DNA of 64,000 nt, from positions 42,842,001 through 42,906,000 of the forward strand of contig OZ024757.1 of the NCBI GenBank assembly GCA_964016885.1, in the 5' to 3' direction. Position numbers and translations under genes: made by a program. The notes beneath the pieces were generated by a model. It made no database searches, had not been told where the DNA came from, and was given only the letters and a program-made list of their open reading frames with translations. This document shows positions 12,801-26,900 of this stretch, piece after piece. The stretch comes from Eledone cirrhosa (lineage: Eukaryota). Within the stretch, counting starts at the first letter, position 1. Every line of letters begins with the position of its first letter.

Positions 12801-13417
12801 AGTGCGCATGCGCCAAAGCCGCCGAACCGTAGTGCGCATGCGCCAAGGCCGCCGGACCAGACTGCGCATGCGCCAAGGCCGCCGGACCGTAGTGCGCATG
12901 CGCCAAGGCCGCTCTGACTGTACTGCGCATGCGCCAAGGCCGCTCTGACTGTACTGCGCATGCGCCAAGGCCGCCGGACCGTAGTGCGCATGCGCCAAGG
13001 CCGCCTGACTGTACTGCGCATGCGGCAAGACCACAGTACCGAACTGCGCATGCACTAAGGCCGCCGGACCGTAGTGCGCATGCGCCAAGGCCGCCGGACC
13101 GTAGTGCGCATGCGCCAAGGCCGCCTAACTGTACTGCGCATGCGTCAAGGTCGCAGTACCGAACTGCGCATGCGCTAAGGCCGCCGGACCGTACTGCGCA
13201 TGCGCCAAGGCCGCCGGACCGTAGTGCGCATGCGCCAAAGCCGCCGAACCGTAGTGCGCATGCGCCAAGGTCGCCGGACCTGACTGCGCATGCGCCGCGG
13301 CCGCCGGACCGTACTGCGCATGCCCCAAGGCCGCCTGGTTGTACTGCGCATGCCCCAAAGCCGCCTGGTTGTACTGCTCATACCCCAAGGCCGCCCGACC
13401 GTAGTGCGCATGCGCCA
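9875..13417 (+). repeat. 1,767-bp tandem duplication (~9875-11650 / ~11642-13417)
   Basis: Constant 1767 offset between matching ORF-track entries (10001/11768, 10533/12300, 11162/12929) and shared rare indels (GCATGGTCGC; TCAAATCGCAGTACCAAC; GCCGCTCTGAC). Confidence 0.9.
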
Positions 13418-14574
13418 AGGCCGCCCGACCGTAGTGCGCATGCGTCAAGGTCGCAGTACCGAACTGCGCATGCACTAAGGCCGCCGGACCGAACTGCGTA
13501 TGGGCTAAGGCCGCCGGACCGTACTGCGCATGCGCCAAAGCCGCCGGACCGTAGTGCGCATGCGTCAAGGTCGCAGAACCGAACTGCGCATGCGCTAAGG
13601 CCGCCGGACCGTACTGCGCATGCGCCAAGGCCGCCGGACCGTACTGCGCATGCCCCAAGGCCGCCTGGTTGTACTGCGCATGCCCCAAGGCCTTCCGACC
13701 GTAGTGCGCATGCGCCAAAGCCGCCGAACCGTAGTGCGTATGCGCCAAGGCCGCCTAACTGTACTGCGCATGCGTCAAGGTCGCAGTACCGAACTGCGCA
13801 TGCGCCAAGGCCGCCGGACCGTACTGCGAATGCGCCAAGGCCGCCGGACCGTAGTGCGCATGCGCCAAGGCCGCCGGACCGTAGTGCGCATGCGCCAAGG
13901 CCGCCTGGTTGTACTGCGCATGCGCCAAGGCGGCCGGATCGTAGTGCGCATGCGCCAAGGCCGCCTGACTGTACTGCGCATGCGTCAAGGCCGCCGGACC
14001 GTAATGCGCATGCGCCAAGGCCGCCGGACCGTAATGCGCATGCGCCAAGGCCGCCGGACCGTAGTGCGCATGCGTCAAGGTCGCAGTACCGAACTGCGCA
14101 TACGCCAAGGCCGCCGGACCTGACTGCGCATGCGCCGCGGCCGCCGAACCGTACTGCGCATGCCCCAAGGCCGCCTGGTTGTACTGCGCATGCCCCAAGG
14201 CCGCCTGGTTGTACTGCGCATGCCCCAAGGCCGCCCGACCGTAGTGCGCATGCGCCAAGGCCGCCCGACCGAGGTGCGCATGAGTCGAGGTCGCAGTACC
14301 GAACTGCACATGCGCTAAGGCCGCCGGACCGTACTGCGCATGCGCCAAGGCAGCCGGACCGTAGTGCGCATGCGCCCAAGCCGCCGGACCATACTGCCAA
14401 GGCCGCCGAACCGTCGTGCCCATGCGCCAAGACCGCCGGACCGTAGTGCGCATGCGCCAAGGCTTCCAGACCGTAGTGCGCATGCGCCAAAGCCGCCGGA
14501 CCGTACTGCGCATGTGCCAAGGCCACCGGAACGTAGTGCGCATGCGGGAAGGTCGCCGGACCGTAGTGCGCATG

Positions 14575-14620
14575 CGCCAAGGCCGCCGAACCGCATGCGC
14601 ACAAAGGTCCGGCGGCCTTG
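14575..14620 (+). other. Representative conserved convergent inversion junction J (20 copies in window)
   Basis: GGCCGCCGAACC-GCATGCGCACAAA-GGTCCGGCGGCC. Forward copies near 14591, 19098, 24349, 31031, 33070, 35308, 41085, 47827, 49855, 54667, 61627; reverse copies near 6061 (variant), 21322, 26326, 38238, 43062, 53078, 57014, 58780, 63604. Confidence 0.93.
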
Positions 14621-17272
14621 GCGCATGCGCAGTACGGTTCGGCGGTCTTGGCGCATGCGCACTACGGTCTGGCGGCCTTGGCACATGCGCACTACGGTCC
14701 GACGGCCTTGGGGCATGCGCAGTAAGATCCGGCGGTCTTGGAGCATGCGCACTACGGTCTGGCGGCCTTGGCACATGCGCACTACTGTCCGACGGCCTTG
14801 GGGCATGCGCAGTACGATCCGGCGGTCTTGGAGCATGCGCAGTACCGTCCCGTGGCATTGGCGCATGCGCACTACGGTCCAGCTGCTTTGGCGCATGCGC
14901 AGTACGGTTCGGCGGCCTTAGCGCATGCGCACTACGGTCCGGCGGGCTTGGCGCATGCGCAGTATGGTTCGGCGACCTTGACGCAGGCGCACTACGGTTC
15001 GGCGGCTCTGGCGCATGCGCACTGCGGTCCGGCGGCCTTGGCGCATGCGCAGTACGGTCCGGCGGCCTTAGCGCATGCGCAGTTCGGTACTGGGACCTTG
15101 ACGCATGCGCAGTACAGTCAGTCGGTCTTGGCGCATGCGCACTACGGTCCGGCGGCCTTGGCGCATGCGCAGTACGGTTCGGCGGCTTTGGCGCATGCGC
15201 ACTACGGTCCGGCGGCCTTGGCACATGCGCAGTACGGTCCGGCGGCCTTAACGCATGCGCAGTTCGGTACTGCGACCTTGACGCATGCGCAGTACAGTCA
15301 GGCGGCCTTGGCGCATTCGCAGTACGGTCCGGCGGCCTTAGCGCATGCACAGTTCGGTACTGCGACCTTGACGCATGCGCAGTACAGTCAGGTGGCCTTG
15401 GCGCATGCGCACTACGGTCCGGCGTCTTTGGCGGATGCGCACTACGGTCCGGCGGGCCTGGCGCATGCGCAGTATGGTCCGGCGGCCTTGGCGCATGCGC
15501 ACTACGGTTCGGCGGTTCTGGCGCATGCGCACTACGGTCCGGCGGTCTTGGTGCATGCGCCGTACGGTACTGGGACCTTGATGCATGCGCAGTACAGTCA
15601 GGCGGCCTTGGCGCATGCGCACTACGGTCCGGCGGCCTTGGCGCATGCGCAGTACGGTTCGGAGGCTTTGGCGCATGCGCACTACGATCCGGCGGCCTTG
15701 GCGCATGCGCACTACGGTCCGGCAGCCTTGGCGCATGCGCACTACGGTCATGTGGCCTTGGCGCATGCGCACTACAGTACTGCGGCCTTGTCGCATGCGC
15801 ACTACGGTACGGTGGCTTTGGCGCATGCGCACTACGGTCCGGCGTCCTTGGCGCATGTGCAATACGGTCCGGTGGCTTTGGCGCATGCGCACTACGGTCC
15901 AGCTGCTTTGGCGCATGCGCAGTACGGTCCGGCGGCCTTAGCGCATGCGCAGTTCGGTACTGGGAACTTGACGCATGCGCAGTACAGTCAGGCGGCCTTG
16001 GCGCATGCGCACTACGGTCCGGCGGCCTTGGCGCATGCGCACTACGGTCCGGCGGCCTTGGCACATGCGCAGTACGGTCCGGCGTCCTTAACGCATGCGC
16101 AGTTCGGTACTGCGACCTTGACGCATGCGCAGTACAGTCAGGCGGCCTTGGCGCATGCGCAGTACGGTCCAGCGGCCTTAGCGCATGCGCAGTTCGGTAC
16201 TGCGACCTTGACGCATGCGCAGTACAGTGAGGTGGCCTTGGCGCATGCGCACTACGGTCCGGCGTCTTTGGCGCATGCGCAGTATGGTCCGGCGGCCTTA
16301 GCGCATGCGCACTACGGTTCGGCGGCTCTGGCGCATGCGCACTACGGTCCGGCGGTCTTGGTGCATGCGCAGTACGGTACTGGGACCTTGATGCATGCGC
16401 AGTACAGTCAGGCGGCCTTGGCGCATGCGCACTACGGTCCGGCGGCCTTGGCACATGCGCAGTACAGTCCGGCGGCCTTAACGCCTGCGCAGTTCGGTAC
16501 TGCGACCTTGACGCATGCTCAGTACAGTCAGGCGGCCTTGGCGCATGCGCAGTACGGTCCGGTGGCCTTAGCGCATGCGCAGTTCGGTACTGCGACCTTG
16601 ACGCATGCGCAGTACAGTCAGGTGGCCTTGGCGCATGCGCACTACGGCCCGGCGTCTTTGGCGCATGCGCACTACGGCCCGGCGGCCTTGGCGCATGCGC
16701 AGTATGGTCCGGCGGACTTGGCGAATGCGCACTACGGTTCGGCGGCTCTGGCGCATGCGCACTACGGTCCGGCGGTCTTGGTGCATGCGCAGTACGGTAC
16801 TGGGAACTTGATGCATGCGCAGTACAGTCAGGCGGCCTTGGCGCATGCGCAGTACGGTCCGGCGGCCTTGGCGCATGCGCAGTACGGTCCGGCGGCCTTG
16901 GCGCATGCGCAGTACGGTCCGGCGGCCTTGGCGCATGCGCAGTTCGGTACTGCGACCTTGACGCATGCGCAGTACAGTCAGTTGGCCTTGGCGCATGCGC
17001 AGTACGGTCCGGCGGCCTTAGCGCATGCGCAGTTCGGTACTGCGGCCTTGACGCATGCGCAGTACAGTCAGGCGGCCTTGGCGCATGCGCACAACGGTCC
17101 GGCGCCCTTGGCGCATGCGCAGTATGGTCCGACGTCCTTGGCGCATGTGCACTATGTATCGGCGGCCTTGGCGCATGCGCACTACGGTTAGGCGGCTTTG
17201 GCGCATGCGCACTACGATCAGGCCGTCTCGGCGCGTGCGCAGTACGGTCTGGCGGTCTTGGCGCATGGGCAC

Positions 17273-17503
17273 GTCATCAAAAAGGACTAACATGGCCGAA
17301 ATGTCATCATGTATGACTGAAATTACAACAAAATGGCTAAGACGGCATAATAAATGACTAAAGTGACAATAAAATGCTAAAACCGTATCATAATTGACTA
17401 GAATGACTCTAACACGACTGAAACGTCTAAAATAACTATAAATGGCTCTAAAATGGTTAAACTGCATCATAAATTACTAAAATAACTCAAAATGGCTAAA
17501 TAT
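17273..17503 (+). repeat. AT-rich spacer type B, truncated by 35 bp at one end
   Basis: Matches 28810-29075 but ends at ...GGCTAAATAT|GGACTGTACTG; reverse complement of 53900-54131. Confidence 0.93.
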
Positions 17504-18499
17504 GGACTGTACTGCGCATGCGCCAAGGCCACCAGGACGTAGTGCGCATGCGCCAAGGCCATCGGACCGTAGTGCGCATGCGCTAAGTCTGCCAGACCGT
17601 AGTGCGCATGCGCCAAAGCCACCGGACCGTACTGCGCATGTGCCAAGGCCAACGGAACGTAGTGCGCATGCGCCAAGACCGCCGGACCGTAGTGCGCATG
17701 CGCCAAGACCGCCGGACCGTAGTGCGCGTGCGCCAAGGCCGCCAGACCGTAGTGCGCATGCGCCAAGGTCGCCGGGCCGTACTGCGCATGCGCCAAGGCC
17801 GCCGGGCTGTAGTGCGCATGCCCCAATGCTGCTAGACCGTAGTGCGCATGCACCAAAGCCGCCGGACCGTAGTGCGCATGCGCCAAGGCTGCCGGACCGT
17901 AGTGCGCATGCACCAAGGCCGCCGGACCGTTGTGCGCATGCGCAAAGAACGATGGCCCTTAGTGCGCATGCGCCAAGGCCGCCGGAACGTACTGCGCATG
18001 CGCTAAGGCCGCCGGACCTTACTACTCATGCGCCAAGGCCACCGGAACGTAGTGCGCATGCGCCAAGGCCGCCGTACCGTTGTGCGCATGCGCAAAGACC
18101 GCTGGCCCTTAGTGCGCATGCGCCATGGCCGCCGGACCTTACTGCGCATGCGCTAAGGCCGCCGGGCCTTACTGCGCATGCGCCAAGGCCACTGGACTGT
18201 ACTGTGCAGGCGCCAAGGCCAGCAGGACGTAGTGCGCATGCGCCAAGGCCATCGGACCGTAGTGCGCATGCGCCAAGTCTGCCAGACCGTAGTGCGCATG
18301 CGCCAAAGCCACCGGACCGTACTGCGCATGTGCCAAGGCCACCGGAACGTAGTGCGCATGCGGCAAGGTCGCCGGACCGTAGTGCGCATGCGCCAAGACC
18401 GCCGGACCGTAGTGCGCGTGCGCCAAGGCCGCCAGACCGTAGTGCGCATGCGCCAAGGTCGCCGGGCCGTACTGCGCATGCGCCAAGGCCGCCGGGCTG

Positions 18500-19660
18500 T
18501 AGTGCGCATGCCCCAATGCTGCTAGACCGTAGTGCGCATGCACCAAAGCCGCCGAACCGTAGTGCGCATGCGCCAAGGCCGCCGGACCGTAGTGCGCATG
18601 CACCAAGGCCGCCGGACCGTTGTGCGCATGCGCAAAGAACGATGGCCCTTCGTGCGCATGCGCCAAGGCCGCTGGAACGTACTGCGCATGCGCTAAGGTT
18701 GCCGGACCTTACTGCGCATGCGCCAAGGCCACTGGACAGTACTGCTCATGCGCCAAGGCCACCGGAACGTAGTGCGCATGCACCAAAGCCGCCGGACCGT
18801 AGTGCGCAGGCGCGAAGGCCGCCGGACCGTTGTGCGCATGCGCAAAGACCGCTGGCCCTTAGTGCGCATGCGCCATGGCCGCCGGACCTTACTGCGCATG
18901 CGATAAGGCCACTGGACCGTAGTGCGCATGCGCTAAGGCTGCCGGACCTTACTGCGCATGCGCCAAGGCCACTGGACAGTACCGCGCATGCGCCAAGGCC
19001 ACCGGAACGTAGTGCGCATGCGCCAAGGCCGCCGGAACGTAGTGCGCATGCGGGAAGGTCGCCGGACAGTAGTGCGCATGCGCCAAGGCCACCGAACCGC
19101 ATGCGCACAAAGATCCGGCGGCCTTGGCGCATGCGCAGTACGGTTCGGCGCCCTTGGCGCATGCGCACTACGGTCTGGCGGCCTTGGCACATGCGCACTA
19201 CCATCCGACGGCCTTGGGGCATGCGCAGTAAGATCCGGCGGCCTTGGAGCATGTGCACTACGGTCTGGCGGCCTTGGCACATGCGCACTACGGTCCGACG
19301 GCCTTGGGGCATGCGCAGTACGATCCGGCGGTCTTGGTGCATGCGCAGTACCGTCCGGTGGCCTTGGCGCATGCGCACTACGGTGCAGCTGCTTTGGCGC
19401 ATGCGCAGTACGGTTCGGCGGCCTTAGCGCATGCGCACTACGGTCCGGCGGGCTTGGCACATGCGCAGTATGGTCCGGCGACCTTGACGCAGGCGCACTA
19501 CGGTTCGGCGGCTCTGGCGCATGCGCACTGCGGTCCGGCGGCCTTGGCGCATACGCAGTACGGTCCGGCGGCCTTAGCGCATGCGCAGTTCGGTACTGGG
19601 ACCTTGACGCATGCGCAGTACAGTCAGGCGGCCTTGGCGCATGCGCACTACGGTCCGGCG
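18500..19660. repeat. Segment with an inverted copy at ~25770-26900 (and ~42.5-43.6 kb)
   Basis: Constant coordinate sum 45431 for reciprocal ORF-track entries (18929/26502, 18958/26473, 19244/26187); shared variants such as CGATAAGG, CGCGAAGG and CTACCATCCG. End points are approximate. Confidence 0.8.
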
Positions 19661-20656
19661 GCCTTGGCGCATGCGCAGTATGGTCCGACGGCCTTGGCGC
19701 ATGTGCACTATGTATCGGCGGCCTTGGCGCATGCGCACTACGGTTCGGCGGCTTTGGCGCATGCGCACTACGATCCGGCGGCCTTGGCGCATGCGCACTA
19801 CGGTCCGGCAGCCTTGGCGCATGCGCACTACGGTCATGTGGCCTTGGCGCATGCGCACTACGGTACTGCGGCCTTGTCGCATGCGCACTACGGTCCGGCG
19901 TCCTTGGCGCATGTGCAGTACGGTCCGGTGGCCTTGGCGCATGCGCACTACGGTCCAGCTGCTTTGGCGCATGCGCAGTACGGTTCAGCGGCCTTAGCGC
20001 ATGCGCACTACGGTCCGGCGGGCTTGGCGCATGCGCAGTATGGTCCGGCGACCTTGACGCATGCGCACTACGGTTCGGCGGCTCTGGCGCATGCGCACTA
20101 CGGTTCGGCGGCTCTGGCGCATGCACACTGCGGTCCGGCGTCCTTAACGCATGCGCAGTTCGGTACTGCGACCTTGACGCATGCGCAGTATAGTCAGGCG
20201 GCCTTGGCGCATGCGCAGTACGGTCCAGCGGCCTTAGCGCATGCGCAGTTCGGTACTGCGACCTTGACGCATGCGCAGTACAGTGAGGTGGCCTTGGCGC
20301 ATGCGCACTACGGTCCGGCGTCTTTGGCGCATGCGCAGTATGGTCCGGCGGCCTTAGCGCATGCGCACTACGGTTCAGCGGCTCTGGCGCATGCGCACTA
20401 CGGTCCGGCGGTCTTGGTGCATGCGCAGTACGGTACTGGGACCTTGATGCATGCGCAGTACAGTCAGGCGGCCTTGGCGCATGCGCACTACGGTCCGGCG
20501 GCCTTGGCGCATGCGCACTACGGACCGGCGGCCTTGGCGCATGCGCAGTACGGTCCGGCGGCCTTAGCGCATGCGCAGTTCGGTACTACGACCTTGACGC
20601 ATGCGCAGTACAGTCAGGTGGCCTTGGCGCATGCGCAGTACGGTCCGGCGGCCTTG

Positions 20657-20710
20657 AAAATGGTTAAACTGCATCATAAATTACTAAAATAACTCAAAAT
20701 GGCTAAATAT
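20657..20710 (+). repeat. 54-bp minimal AT spacer
   Basis: AAAATGGTTAAACTGCATCATAAATTACTAAAATAACTCAAAATGGCTAAATAT; same at 32201-32254 and inverted at 55859-55912. Confidence 0.93.
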
Positions 20711-20929
20711 GGACTGTACTGCGCATGCGCCAAGGCCACCAGGACGTAGTGCGCATGCGCCAAGGCCATCGGACCGTAGTGCGCATGCGCCAAGTCTGCC
20801 AGACCGTAGTGCGCATGCGCCAAAGCCACCGGACCGTACTGCGCATGTGCCAAGGCCACCGGAACGTAGTGCGCATGCGGCAAGGTCGCCGGACCGTAGT
20901 GCGCATGCGCCAAGACCGCCGGACCGTAG

Positions 20930-23900
20930 TGCGCATGCGCCAGAGCTGCCGAACCGTAGTGCGCCTGCGTCAAGGTCGCCGGACCATACTGCGCATGTGC
21001 CAAGCCCGCCGGACTGTAGTGCGCATGCGCTAAGGCCGCCGAACCGTACTGCGCATGCGCCAAAGCAGCTGCACCGTAGTGCGCATGCGCCAAGGCCACC
21101 GGACGGTACTGCGCATGCACCAAGACCGCCGGATCGTACTGCGCATGCCCCAAGGCCGTCGGACCGTAGTGCGCATGTGCCAAAGCCGCCAGACCGTAAT
21201 GCGCATGCTCCAAGGCCGCCGGATCTTACTGCGCATGCCCCAAGGCCGTCGGACAGTAGTGCGCATGCGCCAAGGCCGCCGAACCGTACTGCGCATGCGC
21301 CAAGGCCGCCGGATCTTTGTGCGCATGCGGTTCGGTGGCCTTGGCGCATGCGCACTACTGTCCGGCGACCTTCCCGCATGCGCACTACGTTCCGGCGGCC
21401 TTGGCGCATGCGCACTACGTTCCGGTGGCCTTGGCGCATGCGCAGTACTGTCCAGTGGCCTTGGCGCATGCGCAGTAAGGTCCGGCAGCCTTAGCGCATG
21501 CGCACTACGGTCCAGTGGCTTTATCGCATGCGCAGTAAGGTCCGGCGGCCATGGCGCATGCGCACTAAGGGCCAGCGGTCTTTGCGCATGCGCACAACGG
21601 TCCGGCGGCCTTGGCGCCTGCGCACTACGGTCCGGCGGCTTTGGTGCATGCGCACTACGTTCCGGTGGCCTTGGCGCATGCGCAGTACTGTCCAGTGGCC
21701 TTGGCGCATGCGCAGTAAGGTCCGGCAGCCTTAGCGCATGCGCAGTACGTTCCGGCGGCCTTGGCGCATGCGCACTAAGGGCCATCGTTCTTTGCGCATG
21801 CGCACAACGGTCCGGCGGCCTTGGTGCATGCGCACTACGGTCCGGCGGCCTTGGCGCATGCGCACTACGGTCCGGCGGCTTTGGTGCATGCGCACTACGG
21901 TCTAGCAGCATTGGGGCATGCGCACTACAGCCCGGCGGCCTTGGCGCATGCGCAGTACGGCCCAGCGACCTTGGCGCATACGCACTACGGTCTGGCGGCC
22001 TTGGCGCACGCGCACTACGGTCCGGCGGTCTTGGCGCATGCGCACTACGGTCCGGCGACCTTGCCGCATGCGCACTACTTTCCGGTGGCCTTGGCACATG
22101 CGCAGTACGGTCCGGTGGCTTTGGCGCATGCGCACTACGGTCTGGCAGACTTGGCGCATGCGCACTACGGTCCGATGGCCTTGGCGCATGCGCAGTAAGG
22201 CCCGGCGGCCTTAGCGCATGCGCAGTAAGGTCCGGCGGCCATGGCGCATGCGCACTAAGGGCCAGCGGTCTTTGCGCATGCGCACAATGGTACGGCGTCC
22301 TTGGCGCATGCGCACTACGTTCCGGTGGCCTTGACGCATGCGCAGTACTGTCCAGTGGCCTTGGCGCATGCGCAGTAAGGTCCGGCGGCCTTAGCGCATG
22401 CGCAGTACGTTCCGGCGGCCTTGGCGCATGCGCACTAAGGGCCATCGTTCTTTGCGCACCGTACTGCGCATGCGCCAAGGCCGCCGGAACGTAGTGCGCA
22501 TGCGCCAAGGTCGCCTGACTGTACTGCGCATGCATCAAAGTCCCAGTACCGTACTGCGCATGCACCAAGACCGCCGGACCGTATTGCGCATGCGCCAAGG
22601 CCGCCGGGCCGTAGTGAGCATGCGCCAAAGACGCGGGCCCGTAGTGCGCATGCGCCAAGGCCACCTGACTGTACTGCGAATGCGTCAAGGTCGCAGTACT
22701 GAACTGCGCATGCGCTAAGGCCGCCGGATCGTAATGCGCATGCGCCAAGGCCGCCTGACTGTACTGCGCATGCGTCAAGGTCGCAGTACCGAACTGCGCA
22801 TGCGTTAAGGCCGCCGGACCGTACTGCGCATGCGCCAAGGCCGCCGGACCGTAGTGCGCATGTGCCAAGGCCGCCTGACTGTACTGCGCATGCGTCAAGG
22901 TCCCAGTACCGAACTGCGCATGCGCTAAGGCCGCCGGACCGTACTGCGCATGCGCCAAGGCCGCCGGACCGCAGTGCGCATGCGCCAGAGTCGCCGAACC
23001 GTAGTGCGCATGCGTCAAGGTCGCCGGACCATACTGCGCATGCGCCAAGCCCGCCGGACCGTAGTGCGCATGGGCCAAAGCCGCCTGACCGTACTGCGCA
23101 TGCGCCAAGTCCGCAGTACCGTACTGCGCATGCGACAAGGCCGCAGTACCGTAGTGCGCATGCGCCAAGGCCATATGACCGTAGTGCGCATGCGCCAAGG
23201 CCGCCGGACCGTAGTGCGCATGCGCCAAGTCCGCCGGATCGTAGTGCGCATGCGCCAAAGCCGCCGAACCGTAGTGCGCATGCGCCAAGGCCGCCGATAC
23301 ATAGTGCACATGCGCCAAGGCCGTCGGACCATACTGCGCATGCGCCAAGGCCGCCGGACCGTAGTGCGCATGTGCCAAGGCCGCCTGACTGTACTGCGCA
23401 TGCGTCAAGGTCGCAGTACCGAACTGCGCATGCGCTAAGGCCGCCGGACCGTACTGCGCATGCGCCAAGGCCGCCGGACCGTAGTGCGCATGCGCCAAGG
23501 CCGCCTGACTGTACTGCGCATGCATCAAGGTCCCAGTACCGTACTGCGCATGCACCAAGACCGCCGGACCGTAGTGCGCATGCGCCAGAGCCGCCGAACC
23601 GTAGTTCGCATGCGCCAAGGCCGCCGGAACGTACTGCGCATGCGCTAAGGCCGCCGGACCTTACTGCGCATGCGCCAAGGCCACTGGACAGTACTGCGCA
23701 TGCGTCAAGGCCACCAGAACGTAGTGCGCATGCGCCAAGGCCGCCGTACCGTTGTGCGCATGCGCAAAGACCGCTGGCCCTTAGTGCGCATGCGCCATGG
23801 CCGCCGGACCTTACTGCGCATGCGCCAAGGCCACTGGACTGTAGTGCGCATGCCCCAAGGCCACTGGACAGTACTGCGCATGCGTCAAGGCCACCGGAAC

Positions 23901-26900
23901 GTAGTGCGCATGCGCCAAGGCCGCCGTACCGTTGTGCGCATGCGCCAAGGCCGCTGGACCGTACTGCGCATGCGCAAAGGCCACCGGAACGTAGTGCGCA
24001 TGCGCCAAGGCCGCCGGAACGTAGTGCGCATGCGCCAAGGCCGCCGGACCGTAGTGCGCATGCGCCAAGACTGACAGACCATAGTGCGCATGCGTCAAAG
24101 CCGCCGGACCTTACTGCGCATGCGCCAAGGCCACTGGAGCGTACTGCGCATGCGCCAAGGCCACCGGAACGTAGTGCGCATGCGCCAAGGCCGCCGGACC
24201 GTAGTGCGCATGCGCCAAGGCTGCCAGACCGTAGTGCGCATGCGCCAAAGCCGCCGGACCGTACTGCGCATGTGCCAAGGCCACCGGAACGTAGTGCGCA
24301 TGCGGGAAGGTCGCCGGTCCGTAGTGCGCATGCGCCAAGGCCGCCGAACCGCATGCGCACAAAGGTCCGGCGGCCCTGGCGCATGCGCAGTACGGTTCGG
24401 CGGCCTTGGCGCATGCGCACTACGGTCTGGCGGCCTTGGCACATGCGCACTACGGTCCGACGGCCTTGGGGCATGCGCAGTAAGATCCGGCGGTCTTGGA
24501 GCATGCGCACTACGGTCTGGCGGCCTTGGCGCATGCGCACTACGGTCTGGCAGCCTTGGCGCATGCGCACTACGGTCCGGCGGCCTTGGCGCATGCGCAC
24601 TACTTTCCGGTGGCCTTGGCGCATGCGCAGTACGCTCCAGTGGCCTTGGCGCATGCGCAGTAAGGTCCGGCGGCTTTGGCGCATGCGCACTATGGTCTGT
24701 GAGTCTTGGCGCATGCGCACTACGGTCCGGCGGCCTTGGCGCATGCGCACTACGTTCCGGCGGCCTTGGCGCATGCGCACTACGTTCCGGTGGCCTTTGC
24801 GCATGCGCAGTACGGTCCAGCGGCCTTGGCGCATGCGCACAACGGTACGGCGGCCTTGGCGCATGCGCACTACGGCCCGGTGGCCTTGACGCATGCGCAA
24901 TACTGTCCAGTGGCCTTGGGGCATGCGCACTACAGTCCAGTGGCCTTGGCGCATGCGTAGTAAGGTCCGGCGGCCATGGCGCATGCGCACTAAGGGCCAG
25001 CGGTCTTTGCGCATGCGCACAACGGTACGGCGGCCTTGGCGCATGCGCACTACGTTCTGGTGGCCTTGACGCATGCGCAGTACTGTCCAGTGGCCTTGGC
25101 GCATGCGCAGTAAGGTCCGGCGGCCTTAGCGCATGCGCAGTACGTTCCGGCGGCCTTGGCGCATGCTCACTAAGATGGCCATCGTTCTTTGCGCATGCGC
25201 ACAACGGTCCGGCGGCCTTGGTGCATGCGCACTACGGTCCGGCAGCCTTGGCGCATGCGCACTACGGTCCGCTGGCTTTGGTGCATGAGCACTACGGTCT
25301 AGCAGCATTGGGGCATGCGCACTACAGCCCGGCGGCCTTGGCGCATGCGCAGTACGGCCCGGCGACCTTGGCGCATGCGCACTACGGTCTGGCGGCCTTG
25401 GCGCACGCGCACTACGGTCCGGCGGTCTTGGCGCATGCGCACTACGGTCCGGCGACCTTGCCGCATGCGCACTACGTTCCGGTGGCCTTGGCACATGCGC
25501 AGATGGACCGTAGTGCGCATGCGCCAAGGCCACCGGACCGTACTGCACATGCGCCAAGGACGCCGGACCGTAGTGCGCATGCGCCAAAGCCACCGGACCG
25601 TAGTGCGCATGCGACAATGCCGCAGTACCGTAGTGCGCATGCGCCAAGGCCACATGACCGTAGTGCGCATGCGCCAAGGCTGCCGGACCGTAGTGCGCAT
25701 GCGCCAAGGCCGCCGGATCGTAGTGCGCATGCGCCAAAGCCGCCGAACCGTAGTGCGCATGCGCCAAGGCCGCCGGACCGTAGTGCGCATGCGCCAAGGC
25801 CGCCTGACTGTACTGCGCATGCGTCAAGGTCCCAGTACCGAACTGCGCATGCGCTAAGGCCGCCGGACCGTACTGCGTATGCGCCAAGGCCGCCGGACCG
25901 CAGTGCGCATGCGCCAGAGCCGCCGAACCGTAGTGCGCCTGCGTCAAGGTCGCCGGACCATACTGCGCATGTGCCAAGCCCGCCGGACCGTAGTGCGCAT
26001 GCGCTAAGGCCGCCGAACCGTACTGCGCATGCGCCAAAGCAGCTGCACCGTAGTGCGCATGCGCCAAGGCCACCGGACGGTACTGCGCATGCACCAAGAC
26101 CGCCGGATCGTACTGCGCATGCCCCAAGGCCGTCGGACCGTAGTGCGCATGTGCCAAGGCCGCCAGACCGTAGTGCGCATGCTCCAAGGCCGCCGGATCT
26201 TACTGCGCATGCCCCAAGGCCGTCGGATGGTAGTGCGCATGTGCCAAGGCCGCCAGACCGTAGTGCGCATGCGCCAAGGCCGCCGAACCGTACTGCGCAT
26301 GCGCCAAGGCCGCCGGATCTTTGTGCGCATGCGGTTCGGTGGCCTTGGCGCATGCGCACTACTGTCCGGCGACCTTCCCGCATGCGCACTACGTTCCGGC
26401 GGCCTTGGCGCATGCGCACTACGTTCCGGTGGCCTTGGCGCATGCGCAGTACTGTCCAGTGGCCTTGGCGCATGCGCAGTAAGGTCCGGCAGCCTTAGCG
26501 CATGCGCACTACGGTCCAGTGGCCTTATCGCATGCGCAGTAAGGTCCGGCGGCCATGGCGCATGCGCACTAAGGGCCAGCGGTCTTTGCGCATGCGCACA
26601 ACGGTCCGGCGGCCTTCGCGCCTGCGCACTACGGTCCGGCGGCTTTGGTGCATGCGCACTACGTTCCGGTGGCCTTGGCGCATGCGCAGTACTGTCCAGT
26701 GGCCTTGGCGCATGCGCAGTAAGGTCCGGCAGCCTTAGCGCATGCGCAGTACGTTCCGGCGGCCTTGGCGCATGCGCACGAAGGGCCATCGTTCTTTGCG
26801 CATGCGCACAACGGTCCGGCGGCCTTGGTGCATGCGCACTACGGTCCGGCGGCCTTGGCGCATGCGCACTACGGTCCGGCGGCTTTGGTGCATGCGCACT

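Noticed and set aside
14738-17191. 817-aa Ala/His/Tyr-rich ORF (AHAHYGPAAL)n superficially like a cuticular or structural protein
   Set aside because: No signal peptide or non-repetitive domain; bounded only by block limits; paralogous tracts carry stops in this frame (CAGTAA, CACTAA) and frameshifts.
17018-17470. ORFs entering the AT spacers (MMQFNHFRAIY..., also 28555, 35415, 45381)
   Set aside because: Chance open frames through a degenerate 41-bp repeat; no recognisable domain; spacer truncations ignore them.
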